Source of the DNA: Torpedo marmorata
Taxonomy: Eukaryota
Length of the DNA stretch: 64,000 nt
Assembly: GCA_977017645.1 (NCBI GenBank)
Contig: OZ360225.1
Location: 135,594,001 to 135,658,000, forward strand
Direction of reading: 5' to 3'
In this document: positions 25,090 through 37,085 of the stretch, in pieces
How the letters are laid out: each line of letters opens with the position of its first letter
Numbering within the stretch: position 1 is the first letter of the stretch
Translations under genes and position numbers: made by a program
The notes under the pieces: generated by a model
Told to the model about the DNA's origin: nothing
Seen by the model: the letters and a program-made list of their open reading frames with translations, nothing else
The model's database searches: none

Positions 25090-25667
25090 TTATTTTTTTC
25101 TGGCTATCATCCCATAGGATGATGATGGTTCCTTTCAGTCAGTTTGTGGGGTTTGATATGTGCGTCCTGGAGTGGCTGTGCAGGCCGATCCTTGACAGGC
25201 ACTGCTTGCCACATACTTGGCAGGTGAGGCCTGGAGGGGCAGCAGGGGCAGAAGCTCTGTTGTGGCGCTTCCTGTGCCTTTCCTCTGTTGACTCTTTGAG
25301 CTTGTTCTCAGCAGCATCCACACCTTTTCTGATGGTGCCCCTCCACTGAGCAATCTTGAGCCAGATCCTCCCATGTTGATGGGGCAATGTCAGCTTTCTT
25401 AAGGCTCCTGTGCAGTACGTCCTTGTACCGTAGTCGCTGGCCTCCTCGTTTTCGGGTACCACTGGACAGTTGGCCGTACAAGATGTCCTTGGGCAGTCTT
25501 CCGTCAGGCATTCTGACAACATGTCCTGCCCAGCACAGTTGGACTGACATCACCAAGGTTGAAACTGCTGGAATTCCGGCTCGAGAAAGGACCTCGGTAT
25601 TGGAGACCTTGTCTTGCCGGGTGATCTTCATCAGAGAACGTAGGTGATGCTGCTGCAGTTGGTCAAG
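25090..25667 (-). mobile_element. RTE-clade (BovB-like) LINE 3' fragment
   Basis: HLRSLMKITRQDKVSNTEVL...WAGHVVRMPDGRLPKDILYGQL..G.RKRGGQRLRYKD, then a C-terminal CQVCGKQCLSRIGLHSH finger. Confidence 0.88.
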
Positions 25668-26378
25668 CCGGATGCAGTAAATAAGTTCTCTGGATGTACA
25701 AGTGAAGTGTAGTTTCACTTGGAAGGCCTGTTTGGGGTCTGGATGTACAAGTGAAGTTATTTACTGCATCCGGTGCTCCCTTTGTGGCTTTCTATACATT
25801 GGAGAGACCGGTCGTAGATTGGGAGACCGCTTTGCTGAGCACCTCCTCTCCGTCCGCAACAACAGCGACCTCCCAGTAGCCAACCATTTCAATTCCGGGT
25901 CACACTCCCACACTCACATGTCTGTCCATGGCCTCATGTACTATCCCACCCAGACTACCCGCAAATTGGAGGAACAACATCTCATATTCCGTCTCGGCAC
26001 TCTCCAGCCAGATGGCATTAACATTGACTTTTCTGCTTTCCACTAAACCTGCTTGTTGTTCCCTTCCCCTCCCCCTCACCTGTCCTTCCTGTTTTTCTCC
26101 AGCTACCTAGCCATCCCTCCTCCCCCTCTTTGCTGCTGTCCCCTCCCTCCTTTCTCCACCTATCATCTCCTGCCTTTGCCATCCCCCTTCCCCCCTCACT
26201 CCTTTGTTCGGACGCCTGCCGGCATTTTCTCATACTTTGATGAAGGGCTCAAGCCCGAAACGTCGGTTATGTATTTCTACCTTTGCTACATAAAAGACAC
26301 TGTTTGACCTGCTGAGTTTCTCCAGCATTTGTGTTTTTTACTTCAACCACGGTGTCTACAGATTTTCGTGTTTTACTT
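25668..26378 (+). mobile_element. Penelope-like element 3' part (GIY-YIG) with an inverted 5' segment
   Basis: ORF 25702..26046 IYCIRCSLCGFLYIGETGRRLGDRFAEH; near-identical to the reverse complement of 3385-3975. Confidence 0.92.
26231..26271 (+). ncRNA. Putative minimal type I hammerhead ribozyme motif in the Penelope terminus
   Basis: CATACT-TTGATGA-A-GGGC TCAA GCCC-GAAAC-GTC-GGTTATG: (C/U)UGANGA and GAAA core, stem II GGGC/GCCC, palindromic ACGT stem III, GUC site, stem I CATACT/GGTTATG. U replaces C3 and there is one extra A. Confidence 0.65.
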
Positions 26379-26384
26379 CCAGCA

Positions 26385-26970
26385 TTAGGATTGGGTGGTT
26401 AAAAACCCTTCGAAGCAGCACTGTGTCCTAGTAAGAATCAGGGTGGGATAAGATAGTTCAGGTAACTAGGTCTCTGTGGGCTTGTAATGCCTGTGGATAA
26501 TTTGTCTCCTGATATGGAAACAGAAGTCCAGAAAGGGAAGAGTGGTATCTGAAATAGTCTCAGTAAGGGTGGCATGGAAGCCGGCAGAAAAGTTAATAAC
26601 ATTGTTGAATTCTGCATGGGTACCAGAACCAATGCAGTCGTCGATGTAGTTGAGAAAGGAGTTGAGTGGTATCAGAGTAGGATTCCAATAACTGACAAAA
26701 ATTCAGGGATAGCTGGATCCAATGTGTGTGCCCAACACTACACCTTGGATTTGGAAAAATAGGAATTAAAAGAGAAGTTGTTAAAGTCAAGAACGAGTTC
26801 TGCCAGGCAGAGTGGCAGAGGGGGAACTGAATAATCTGCATTCACGAAAGAAACAGAGGAACCTGCGACCTTCCTGATGGGGGATGAATGTGAATAGGGA
26901 TTGCAATCCATGGTGAAGATGAGGCAGTGTGGGCCGGGGAATTGGAAGTTTAGGGGTATTACCATGGACA
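26385..26970 (-). mobile_element. Degraded Penelope-like RT fragment
   Basis: SVSISGDKLST remnant; 26498-26555 aligns by eye with 4570-4630. Confidence 0.6.
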
Positions 26971-28490
26971 ACTAGACATCATTTTTGAATGTAAGATTGA
27001 TCTTAATACTTCCACACAAATAATATAAATGCTGAAAAAGCTGAATTTATATTAGTATGTAGATTTATCAGGTGAGTTTGATGCATGTTAATGTTCAGAA
27101 TCCAAGCTATTTTATACACTGGCAGCATAAAATGTTCTACAGTACTTTGTGGTTCTTTTTTGGGCAGTAGCTCCGATTGCACTGGTTTCTTCACATCAGC
27201 TCATACTCTATATCCTGTGGAAACAAGGCAACACCTCAGCATGAAAAGGAATGAGCTCACACCATCTGCGGAACTTTCTCCAAGGGATTAGGCAGAGTGT
27301 TTAACCAAGGAGGACTCCTGCTGTGATTGCACTAGTTCAAATAAAAAGTCTTCTATTACCAAAGTCATTAAACAGGGTGTTTATAAGAATCACAACAGTT
27401 ATACTCTCTGATTTTAGTGTGGAATTTATTACAAAGCAGTACTAAAATAGAAATGAATTTCATCAACAGGTGGGGACTGCTGTGTGTTCTTTTGCAAAAA
27501 TTAAGCACATTTTCAAATCCATATATATTTTAAAGAGGAATATAGTCATGTGGATCCCAAAGTTGGAAATTAGGGCCCAGAAAGAACTCTACATTCAAAG
27601 TAAAATCTGTACGACAGTTACCAATTTAATATCTTACATTTTCTCTTTTAAAATTTTAATTAACCGAAATGAACAGAAATTCCCATGTTCTGAAGTCAAT
27701 TGCAGAATTTCACCAGCCCACCCTCGTAGAGAATGGCAAATCTCTGGATTCACTGCCGCAGAGAATTATGGAAGTTAATTCATCATAAGCATTTAAGGTA
27801 AAGATAGATACAGTACAATTTTGAACAATCAGAGGATTGAAGGCAATATTAATCTGTCACAGAATCATAGAACAGATCAGATGTGATCACACAGAACAGG
27901 CCTGGTTACCTACTCCTGGTCTGTTTCTTATGTTTTTGTGTTTAGTGGTGACAAATACCAGGACTGCCTCAATAGAAAAGTATAAATCAGTGCAGCAATT
28001 GGTCATTTTGGTTAGGAGGCTCAGAAAATGCATGTGGGTATGAAGGGGGCAGGGGAAGGGTTCAGAGATAGAACCAAATTGCCTTGCATTCCACAGGAAC
28101 TAAGTTGCATGGCATAAGCAGAACTAATATGCATCTGTTTGAAACCATTGATCAAAAACCCACAGAGATTCTCCGACTCCTGAGGATTATGAAATTTTTA
28201 ACTCTCTGTCGCAGAGAGCTGTGGAGGTGGAATCACAGCAAGAAGGGAGATGGAAAAGTCGGTAAAACCAACTAATACACCAGCCAAAACTGTACAAGTG
28301 GCATAAGCAAAGATTAGTAACTCCCTAAACACCAATCCTCCCCTCTCATACCCACCCCCCCAGATTGCTCCAGTATGACATATCAATGATAACTTACAAT
28401 GCTACCAAGGTGTGACCTAATGTTAATATGCTATTCTAATAGTAGATCTAAAATGTATCATTGAAGTACAATCAGAATCTATGGATATTG

Positions 28491-29162
28491 CACAACACTG
28501 TTTGTTGCAATTCAAAGTGGTCCATAGAGTACATACGGTATGTCTAAAGTTAAATTGTCTCGTTTTTATTCAGATATAAATCCTCTATGTGACAAATGTA
28601 AAATTGCTGATGCTTCGTTGATTCACATGTTCTGGACTTGCCTTAGTCTCGAAAAATTTTGGAAGGATATCTTTCAAACATTATCGGTGATTCTTAAGTT
28701 CAAATTAGAACCTTGCCCTTTAATTGCTCTATTCGGATCTTTTCAAGATTATGATGTTTTTTACTTCATTGATAGCCAGACGCGCAATTTTGATTAAATG
28801 GAAAGAAAATTTTCCACCTACACATACACAATGGTTAAGTGATATTATGTCTTGTTTAAGTTTAGAAAAAATTAGATACTCCATTAAAGATTCAAATATT
28901 AACTTCCAAAAGATGTGGGGCCCATTTATGGACCATTATCATAACCTAAAGAATTAGGGTTGTTCTGAAACTTTGGTGCTGTGCTGTGTATCTCCAGGTC
29001 GATGTCACTTGATTCCTACGTGTCAGCTTTTAACCTTGCTTAGTGGTAGGGGTTCTGAATTATAAGGTTTTTTTTTGTTTTGTTTTTTCTTTTTCTCTTG
29101 TATTTTACAATACAATATATAATTGTACATAATGTAAACGTCAATAAAAATATTTTAAAAAG
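28491..29162 (+). mobile_element. L1-clade LINE 3' fragment with TSD
   Basis: LQFKVVHR...CDKCKIADASLIHMFWTC (CCHC finger), AATAAA plus A-tail; TSD AGAATCTATGGA(T/C)ATTG at 28474-28490 and 29163-29179. Confidence 0.9.
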
Positions 29163-30160
29163 AGAATCTATGGACATTGTATTGTGCAGAATTGTTCGGT
29201 TTTTATCTTTGGTTCAGTTCAAGCATGTTTTTATTAGTGTTTTGCAAAATTAGTTAATTTCAGTTTTGAAAAAGATTCACTATGTGGCTCAGGCATTTAT
29301 AGGCTCAATACTACCATCATGCTCTCTCCCTATATCCTGAGATTAAATATTTGCTAGAATTGGCCATGAATATATTTAATGACTGTTTAGAGCAGGGAAT
29401 TCCAAAGGTACATAACACAGAGAGTAGAATTCCTCCTTATCTCTATCTTATAATGAGTTATAGGGAGAGAGTCACACCAAGGAGGTAGGAAGCAGGTAGC
29501 TGGGTGACTGTCAGGAGAGGGAAAGGGAATAGACTCTCTGTGCAGGGTACCCTTGTGGCTGTTCCCCTCAATAACAAATATACCGTTTTGGATACTGTTA
29601 GGGGGACGACCTAACAGGGAAAAGCCGCAGTAGCCAGATCTCTAGCGCAGAGTCTGTCTCTGTGGCTCAGAATGGAAGGGAGGAAAGAAGGAGAGCAATA
29701 GTGATAAGGGATTCATTGGTGAGGAGAATAGATAAGGAGATTCTATGGAAGGGATCGAGACTTTCGGATGGTATGTTGCCTCCCAAGTGCCAGGGTCAGA
29801 GATGTCTCTTGATCAAGTCCACAGAATTCTTGAGAGGGAGGGTGAGCAGCTAGATGTCGTGGTACATGCTGGTACCAATGACGTAGATGGGAAAACTGAT
29901 GAGGTCCTGAAGGGGGAATATAGGGAGTTAGGAAGGAAGTTAAAGAGCAGGACCTCAAGGGTGGTAATCTTGGGCTTGCTGCCTGTGTCATGTGCCAGTG
30001 AGAGCAAGAATAGGAAGTTATGGCAGATGAATATTTGGCTGAGGAGTTGGTGCAGGGGATAGGCATTCAAGTTTGTGGATCATTGGGATCTCCTCTGGAG
30101 AAGGTATGACCTGTACAAAAAGGACAGGTGCACCTGAACTGGAAAGGGACAAATATTCTT

Positions 30161-32930
30161 TTTTTTAAATTTTACTTAAAATTTTTAAATCACAAAATAC
30201 ATAAAATAAAATATAAAATTATCAAAATACATGTGATACATTTTCACCCACCTCCCCTTCCGCCCCTACTAATCTACTAAAATAAAAATAAAGAAAGAAA
30301 AAGATAGAGTAAGGAGAATGTCAATCTAAAAAAACAACAACTATGAACTGATTTTATTGTGGAAGATTGGTTCACCAGTCAGATCTGATATCCAGAGATC
30401 TTCAAATCCTTAAACCAACAGTTTTTATATATGGGCTCCATATTTTCAAAAAGAAATGATATTTATTACGTAAATTATAAGTAATTTTTTCAAGTGGTAT
30501 ACATGAACGAAGTTCTGCATGCCATCTTTCTAACCCTAAATCTACATCAGATTTCCAAGTAATAGCAATGCATTTCTTAGAAACAGCTAAAGCAATTCGC
30601 AAAAATTCTATTTGATACATATTTAATTTCATCTTAATACTAATTATTTTAATATCTCCAAACAAAAATATAGGGTCCATTGGAAGTGTAATACTCAATA
30701 CTTTATCTAAAAAATTTTTAACTTTCAACCAAAAATCATATATCTTTGGACAAAACTATGTAGAATGTACAAAAGAACCTTCCTCTCTATTACAGCACCA
30801 ATAGCCTGAATATGACTGGGATTGTCTGATCTCGGAAGCTAAGCAGGCAAAGGACTGGTCAGTACTTGGAGGGGAGACCGCCAAGGAACACCAGGTGCTG
30901 TAGGTTTCTTTGAGGTGCGCTGGACAAAATAGCAGACCCTCTGTCTGCCTTACGGTAGACAAAAATTAAAGAATTTCATGTATGTTACATTCTAAATGTA
31001 GTATTACATGACAATAATGGAACCTTTACCTTTACCTTTACATCTAAAACATAAACCTGATAATGTCGAATTAAATTTCTTTAATTTTTTAGGCGTTAAA
31101 TATAATTGATGAAAAAAATTATATTGGACTAATCTATATCTAACGTTAATAATCTTCGTCATACTTAGTTTACATAATTCTTTCCAATGTTCCTCATCTA
31201 TTGTTACATTCAAATCTAATTCCCATTTTAATCTTGATTTGTGAATTCCTAATTTAGGCATTTTTCTCTGTAACAATCTATACATTTGAGAAATAAATTT
31301 ATTTACACCTCCATTAGTAACTAATAATTCCAGTTCACTCTCTCTTGGTAGAATCAAACTATAACCCAACTTCCCAACTAAAAATGCTCTAATTTAATAA
31401 TAAGCAAAAAGTGTATTATTCAATACATTAAACTTATCTTTCATTCTTTGAAAAGTAATAAATTTACTAGCTTTAAAACAATCATTTATTTTCTTAATTC
31501 CCTTTTGGAACCAAATTTTAAATAATTGATTATCAACAGTAAATGGAATAAGTTTATTTTGATATAAAGGCATTTTTCGAGAAATCGACCCTTTCCCTCC
31601 TATCTCACTATCCACTCTATTCCATATTTCTAACAAATGTTTAAAAATAGGAGAACTCTTCCCTCTTGTTAATAATAATTTAGAATTCCATTTATAAATA
31701 ACTTCTTCTTTCAAATCTTCTCCTATATTATTTAATTCTATTCTAATCCAAGCAGAAGACTTACCTAAATCAAACATTTCATTAACAAATTTTAATTGAG
31801 CTGCTTTATAATAATTTTGAAAATTAGGAAGTTGTAAACCACCCATTTCATAATTCCAAGTTAACTTCTCCATACCTACTCTAGCCAACTTTCCTTTCCA
31901 CAAAAACTTCCTAATAATTAAATTTAAATCCTTAAAGAATTTCGAAAGGATTTCATAAGGAATTGATTGAAAAAGATATTGAACTCTTGGAAAGACATTC
32001 ATTTTAATAGTTTACCCTTCCTATTAAAGTTATAGGTAAATCCTTCCAACTTTCTAAATCTTTTTTAATTTTCATAAATAATGGTAAATAATTTAATTTA
32101 TATAAATTAGCTAATTTTGTATCAATCTTTATTCCCAAATATTTAATTCCTTCCTTTGACCATTTAAATTGCGTAATTTCTTTACATTTACTATATCCCC
32201 TTGTGCCAATGCCATAATTTCACTTTTATCAGAATTAATCTTATAACCAGATATTTCCCCATATTCTTTCAATAAAACATTCAATTGTATTAAAGAAGTA
32301 ATAGGTTTTGTCATATAAATCAATACATCATCTGCAAATAAACTAATTTTATGCTCTCTTCCAACTTTAATACCTACAATCTTAGTATCTTGTCTAATTA
32401 ATTCTGCTAAAGGTTCTATTGCTAAAATAAACAATGCAGGCGACAAAGGACATCCTTGTCTAGTTGACCTAGTCAAAGAAAATTTTGAAGAAATTTGTCC
32501 ATTTGTCACCACTCTAGCAGATGGTTCTTTATATATAGTTTTAATCCAATTACGGTAATAAATGTAGTTCCAAAACCAAATTTCCCCAATACCTTAAATA
32601 AATAATTCCACTCTAATCTGTTAAAAGCCTTTTCAGCGTCTAATGTTAATACTAATGCTAGGTCATCTTTTTTTCCCCACATTAATTAAACTAATTAATC
32701 TAGCTATATTATCTTTTGAGTATCTATTCTTAATAAAACCAGCTTGATCTACATGAATTAAATCTGGTAAATAATTAGCCACTCTATTTGCTAAAATTTT
32801 TACCATTATCTTATAATCCACATTTAACAATGAAATTGGTCTATATGATTCTGTTTTCAACACATCTCTATCTTTTTTAGGTATAACTGTAGTTATTGCA
32901 TTCGAAAATGTTACCGGTAACGAATGAGTT
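30161..32930 (-). mobile_element. L1-clade LINE, 5'-truncated, 16 bp TSD
   Basis: SYRPISLLNVDYKI, TRQGCPLSPALF, SLFADD, CFRC finger; TSD AGGGACAAATATTCTT at 30145-30160 and 32931-32946; poly(T) at the left end. Confidence 0.95.
30795..31037 (+). mobile_element. 5S rRNA-derived SINE, copy 2, inserted in the L1 zinc-finger codons
   Basis: 5S body plus shared tail plus (ACCTTT)n; flanked by TTACA (30790-30794, 31038-31042); removing it restores L1 CFRCNREEGSFVHST. Confidence 0.9.
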
Positions 32931-33970
32931 AGGGACAAATATTCTTGTGGGCAGGTTAGATAGAGCTTTTGGGGAGGGTTTAAATGAACTCGGCAGGGGA
33001 ACCATAGTGTTAGGTCAAATAATGGAGCAGTTGGTGAAATGGCAGGTGCCATGTGTAGTGAGACTGTGAGGAAGAACAGGCAGTGGATAAAACATAAATG
33101 CAAGAAGTTGGATGAGTTGAAATACATGTACTTTAATGAAAGGAGTATTAGGAATAGAACAGATGAACTCAGAGTATGGGTCAATACGTGGAACTATGAT
33201 GTTGTGGCCATCACAGAGACGTGGCTATCTCAGGGGCAGGAATGGCTGCTGAATGTGCTGTGCTTGAGATTTTCAAAAATTACAGGGAGGGAGGTAAAAG
33301 AAGTGAGGAACTGGCATTGCTGATCAGGGATACTATCACAGCTGCAGAAAAGGAGGAAGTAGTGAAGGGGTTGTCTACTGAGTCAGTGTGGATTAAAATC
33401 AGGAACAGGAAGGAGGCAATAACTCTAGTGGGTGTATATTATAGACTCCCCAACAGTAAAAGAGACATCAATGAGCAGATAGGGAAGCAGATTCTAGAAA
33501 GGTGCAAAAGTAATAAGGTTGGAGTGATGGATGATTTTAACTTTCCTAATTTTGATTGGCACCATCTTAGAGTGAAGGGTTTAGATCGAATGAAATTTGT
33601 TAGTTGTGTTCAGGAAGGTTTTCGGACACAATATGTGGATAGGCCAACGAGAGGAGAGGCTATATTTGACCTGGTATTGGGAAATGAACCAGGACAGGTG
33701 TCAGATCTGTCAGTGGGCAAACATTTCAGAGAATGTGATCACAATTCTCTCACCTTTACCATAGCATGGGAGAAGGACAGGAATGGACCATTTGGGGAAA
33801 CATTTAATTGGGGTAGGCAGGAGCTTGGGAGCAAATGTACTTGGGTCAAAATAAGGCAGAAATGTGGCAAATGTTCAGAGAACAAGGTGAAAGAACCATG
33901 GTGCACAAGGGATGTAGAACATCTAGTTAAGAAAAAAGTAAAGCTTCCGAGAGGTTTAAGAATTTAAGAA

Positions 33971-34211
33971 GGACGGCACGGTTGGCTTAGCGGTTAGCAC
34001 AACGCCTTTACAGCGCCAGCGATTGGGACCGGGGTTCGAATCCCGCGCTGTCTGTAAGGAGTTTGTACATTCTCCCCGTGTCTGCGTGGGTTTTCCCCGG
34101 GGGCTCCAGTTCCCCACTGTTCAAAAACTTACTGGGGGTGTAGGTCAATTGGGTGGCACGGGCTTGTGGGTCGAAATGGCCTGTTACCGTGCTGTATGTA
34201 TGTTATGTTAT
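33971..34211 (+). mobile_element. V-SINE (HE1-like)
   Basis: A-box-like TGGCTTAGCGG, B-box GGTTCGAATCC, V-core GCGTGGGTTTTCCCCGGGGGCTCC. Confidence 0.85.
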
Positions 34212-36214
34212 AAAAACTGATAGAGCTCTAGAGAATTACAAGACTGCCAGGAGAGAGCTTAAGAAAGGACTTGGGAGAGCTAGAAGGGGCCATTAGAAAG
34301 CGTTTGTGAGCAGGATTAAGGAAAACCCCAAAGCATTCGACAGAGTGCCGTGCAAATCTGAAGAACAAGTGGATGAGTCGTGTCAAAGGATCCATCAGGG
34401 GTGATAGTGGAAACATGTCCATGGAGAGGGAGAAGGTAGTGGAGGTCCTTAATGAATACTTTGCTTCAGTATTCACCAGAGAAAAGGACCTTGGCAATTG
34501 TGAGGATGACTTAAAGCAAACTGAAAGACTTGATCATGTTAACATTAAGAAAGAGGATGTGTTGAAGCTTTTGAAAAGCATGATGTTAGATAAGTCACCA
34601 GGACCAGACAAGATTTAACTAAGACTACTGTGGAAGCGATGGAGGAGATTTCGGAGCCACTGGCAATGATCTTCTCATCGTCACTGGGGACAGGAGAAGT
34701 ACCAGAAGATTGATGGATTGCAAATGTTGTTCCCCTGTTCGAGAAAGGAAGTAGAGATAATAACCCAGGAAGTTATAGAGCAGTGAGTCTTACTTCAGTG
34801 GTGGGCAAGCTGTTGGAGAAGATCCTGAGAGACAGGATTTACAAGCATTTAGAGAGGCATGATTTGATTAGGGATAGTCAGCATGACTTTGTCAGGGGAA
34901 GGTCATGTCTCATGAGCCTGATTGAATTCTTAGAGGATGTAACAAAGCACATTGATGAAGTTAGAGCGGTGGATGTAGTGTATATTGATTTCAGTAAGGC
35001 ATTTTGTCAGGTTCCCCATGCAAGGTGCATTCTGAAACTGAGGAGGCATGGAATCCAAGGAGGCCTAGCTTGGTGGATACAAAATTTTCTTGCCCAGAGA
35101 AGGCAGAGGACAGTCGTAGATGGTTCGTATTCTGCATGGAAGTCAGTGACCAGTGGTGTTCCACAGGGATCTGTTCTGGGACCCCTCTGTGATTTTTATA
35201 AATGACCTGGATGAGGACATTTGCAGATGACACAAAACTAGGTGTTGTGAGGGTTGCCAGATGGACATTGAGAGGATGCAGAACTGGGCTGAGAAATGAG
35301 AGATCTTGGGGTTCATGTCCATAGGATACTCAAAGCTGCTGCACAGGTTGATAGTGTTGTTAAAAAGGCATATGGTGTGTTGGCCTTCATTAACCGTGGG
35401 ATTGAGTTCAAGAGTCATGAGGTAATCTTGAAGCTATATAACATATTGGTTACATCCGACTTGGAATATTGTGTTCAGTTCTGGTCACTTCATGACAGGA
35501 AAGATGTGGATGCTTGGAGAGGTTGCAGAGGAGATTTAAAAGGATGTTGCCTGGATTGGAGAGCATGCCTTGTGAGTATAGGTTGAGTTCACTTGCTCTT
35601 TTCTCCTTGGAGAGACAGAAGATGAAGGGTGATATGCCAGAGGTGTACAAGATGATGAGAGGCATTGATCATGTGGATGGCCAGAGGCTTTTTCCCAGGG
35701 CTGAAATGCCCAACATGAAGGGGCATAGTTTTAATGTAATTGGGAGTAAGTACAGGGAGGATGTAAGAGGTAGGATTTTCACACAGAGAGTGGTGAGTGC
35801 ATGGAATGTGCTGCCGGCAACATTGGTAGAGGCAGTCACAATAGGATTTTTTAAGAGACTATTAGATAGGTACATAGAACTGAGAAAAATGGAGGGTAAT
35901 GCATTATGGAAATTATAGGTAGTTGTTAGAGTAGGTTATTAGGTCAGCATAACACTGTGGGCTGAATGGCCTGTACTGTGTTGTCGATTTCTATGTTGTA
36001 ATTGGATATCCTCGTGTTCAAGTTATTGGCCATAGTTCCAGATAAAATCACATCCTGTCTGCATTCAATCTACTAAACTACCTTTGAATCAGCTGTAAAT
36101 CTTGTAATGCATCATAATCATCTTCAAAAACCTCCAGAAATCCAAAAATAAAGTACCACTGAGGGCAGGACATACTCATATATGGTGTATAAGGAGTAGA
36201 GGGACCTTGATGTA

Positions 36215-37085
36215 AAATCCAAAGATCCTTGAAGGTGACAGTGCAGGTAGATAATGTGTTTAAAAAGATATATGGGATACTGGTCTTCATTATTTAGGGC
36301 ATTAAATACAAGAGCAGGGCATTGAGTGCAAAATCAGAGACATCATGTTACAACTATATAAGAACTTGTTGAGACCGTATTTTGAAGTATTGTGTGCCGT
36401 TTTGGTCTCCCAGCTATAGGAAGGATATCATGAAGCTGAAAAGTGTGCAGCGGTGTCTTAAAAAAGCAGCCTCTATCCTCAAGGACCCCCACCACCCAGG
36501 CCATGCCCTTTTCACTCTGCTTCCATCGGGGAAAAGGTACAGGAGCCTAAAGACGTGCACTCAACGGCACAAGGACAGCTTCTTCCCCGCTGCCATCAGA
36601 TTCCTGAATAATCAATGAACCAAAGACACTACCTTACTTTCGTGCACTATTGTTTATAATTTTTTATAGTAATGTCGTTAGAATGGTTAATATGAATGTT
36701 AATTGCACTATGATGCTGCCGCAAAACACCGAATTTCATGACTTGTTCATGACAATAAATTCTGATTCTGATTCTGATTCAAAGATACACAAGATTGTTG
36801 CCAGGACTGGCAGGCTTAAATTATAAGGAGAGGCAGGATAGGCTGGGACTTTTCTCCTTGGGGGGTGGGGGGAATATCATCTAGAAGTTTATAAAATCAT
36901 GTGGAGCATAGATAAGGTAAATAGTCATACACTTATTCCCAGGTTAGGTTCATCTGAATCTAAAGAGTGTAAATTTAAGGTGTGAGGGGAAAGATATAAA
37001 ACACTCCTGTGGGGCACCTTCTTCACACAGAGGGTGGTGGATATCTGGATCAAGCTGCCAAAGGAATTGATGGAGGCAGGTGCAG
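36215..37085 (+). mobile_element. CR1 3' fragment interrupted by a Rex1 3' end
   Basis: KYCVPFWSPSYRKDI remnant before the Rex1 piece and a FTQRVV remnant after it. Confidence 0.7.
36450..36780 (+). mobile_element. Rex1/Babar LINE 3' end
   Basis: [34 protein letters not shown]...DSFFPAAIRFLN; tail GAATTTCATG..TGACAATAAATTCTGATTCTGATTCTGATTC. Confidence 0.88.

Larger units (their letters stand above)
29460..36000 (+). mobile_element. Decayed near-full-length CR1 (esterase ORF1, APE, RT), interrupted by an L1 and a V-SINE
   Basis: VVHAGTND (29745..30062), FNERSI/TETW/DFNFP (33039..33967), GVPQGSVLGP (34783..35205), LEYCVQFW and FTQRVV. Confidence 0.9.

Noticed and set aside
33971-34050. tRNA gene
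   Set aside because: The A and B boxes belong to a SINE head that continues into the V-domain; no complete cloverleaf; five dispersed copies.
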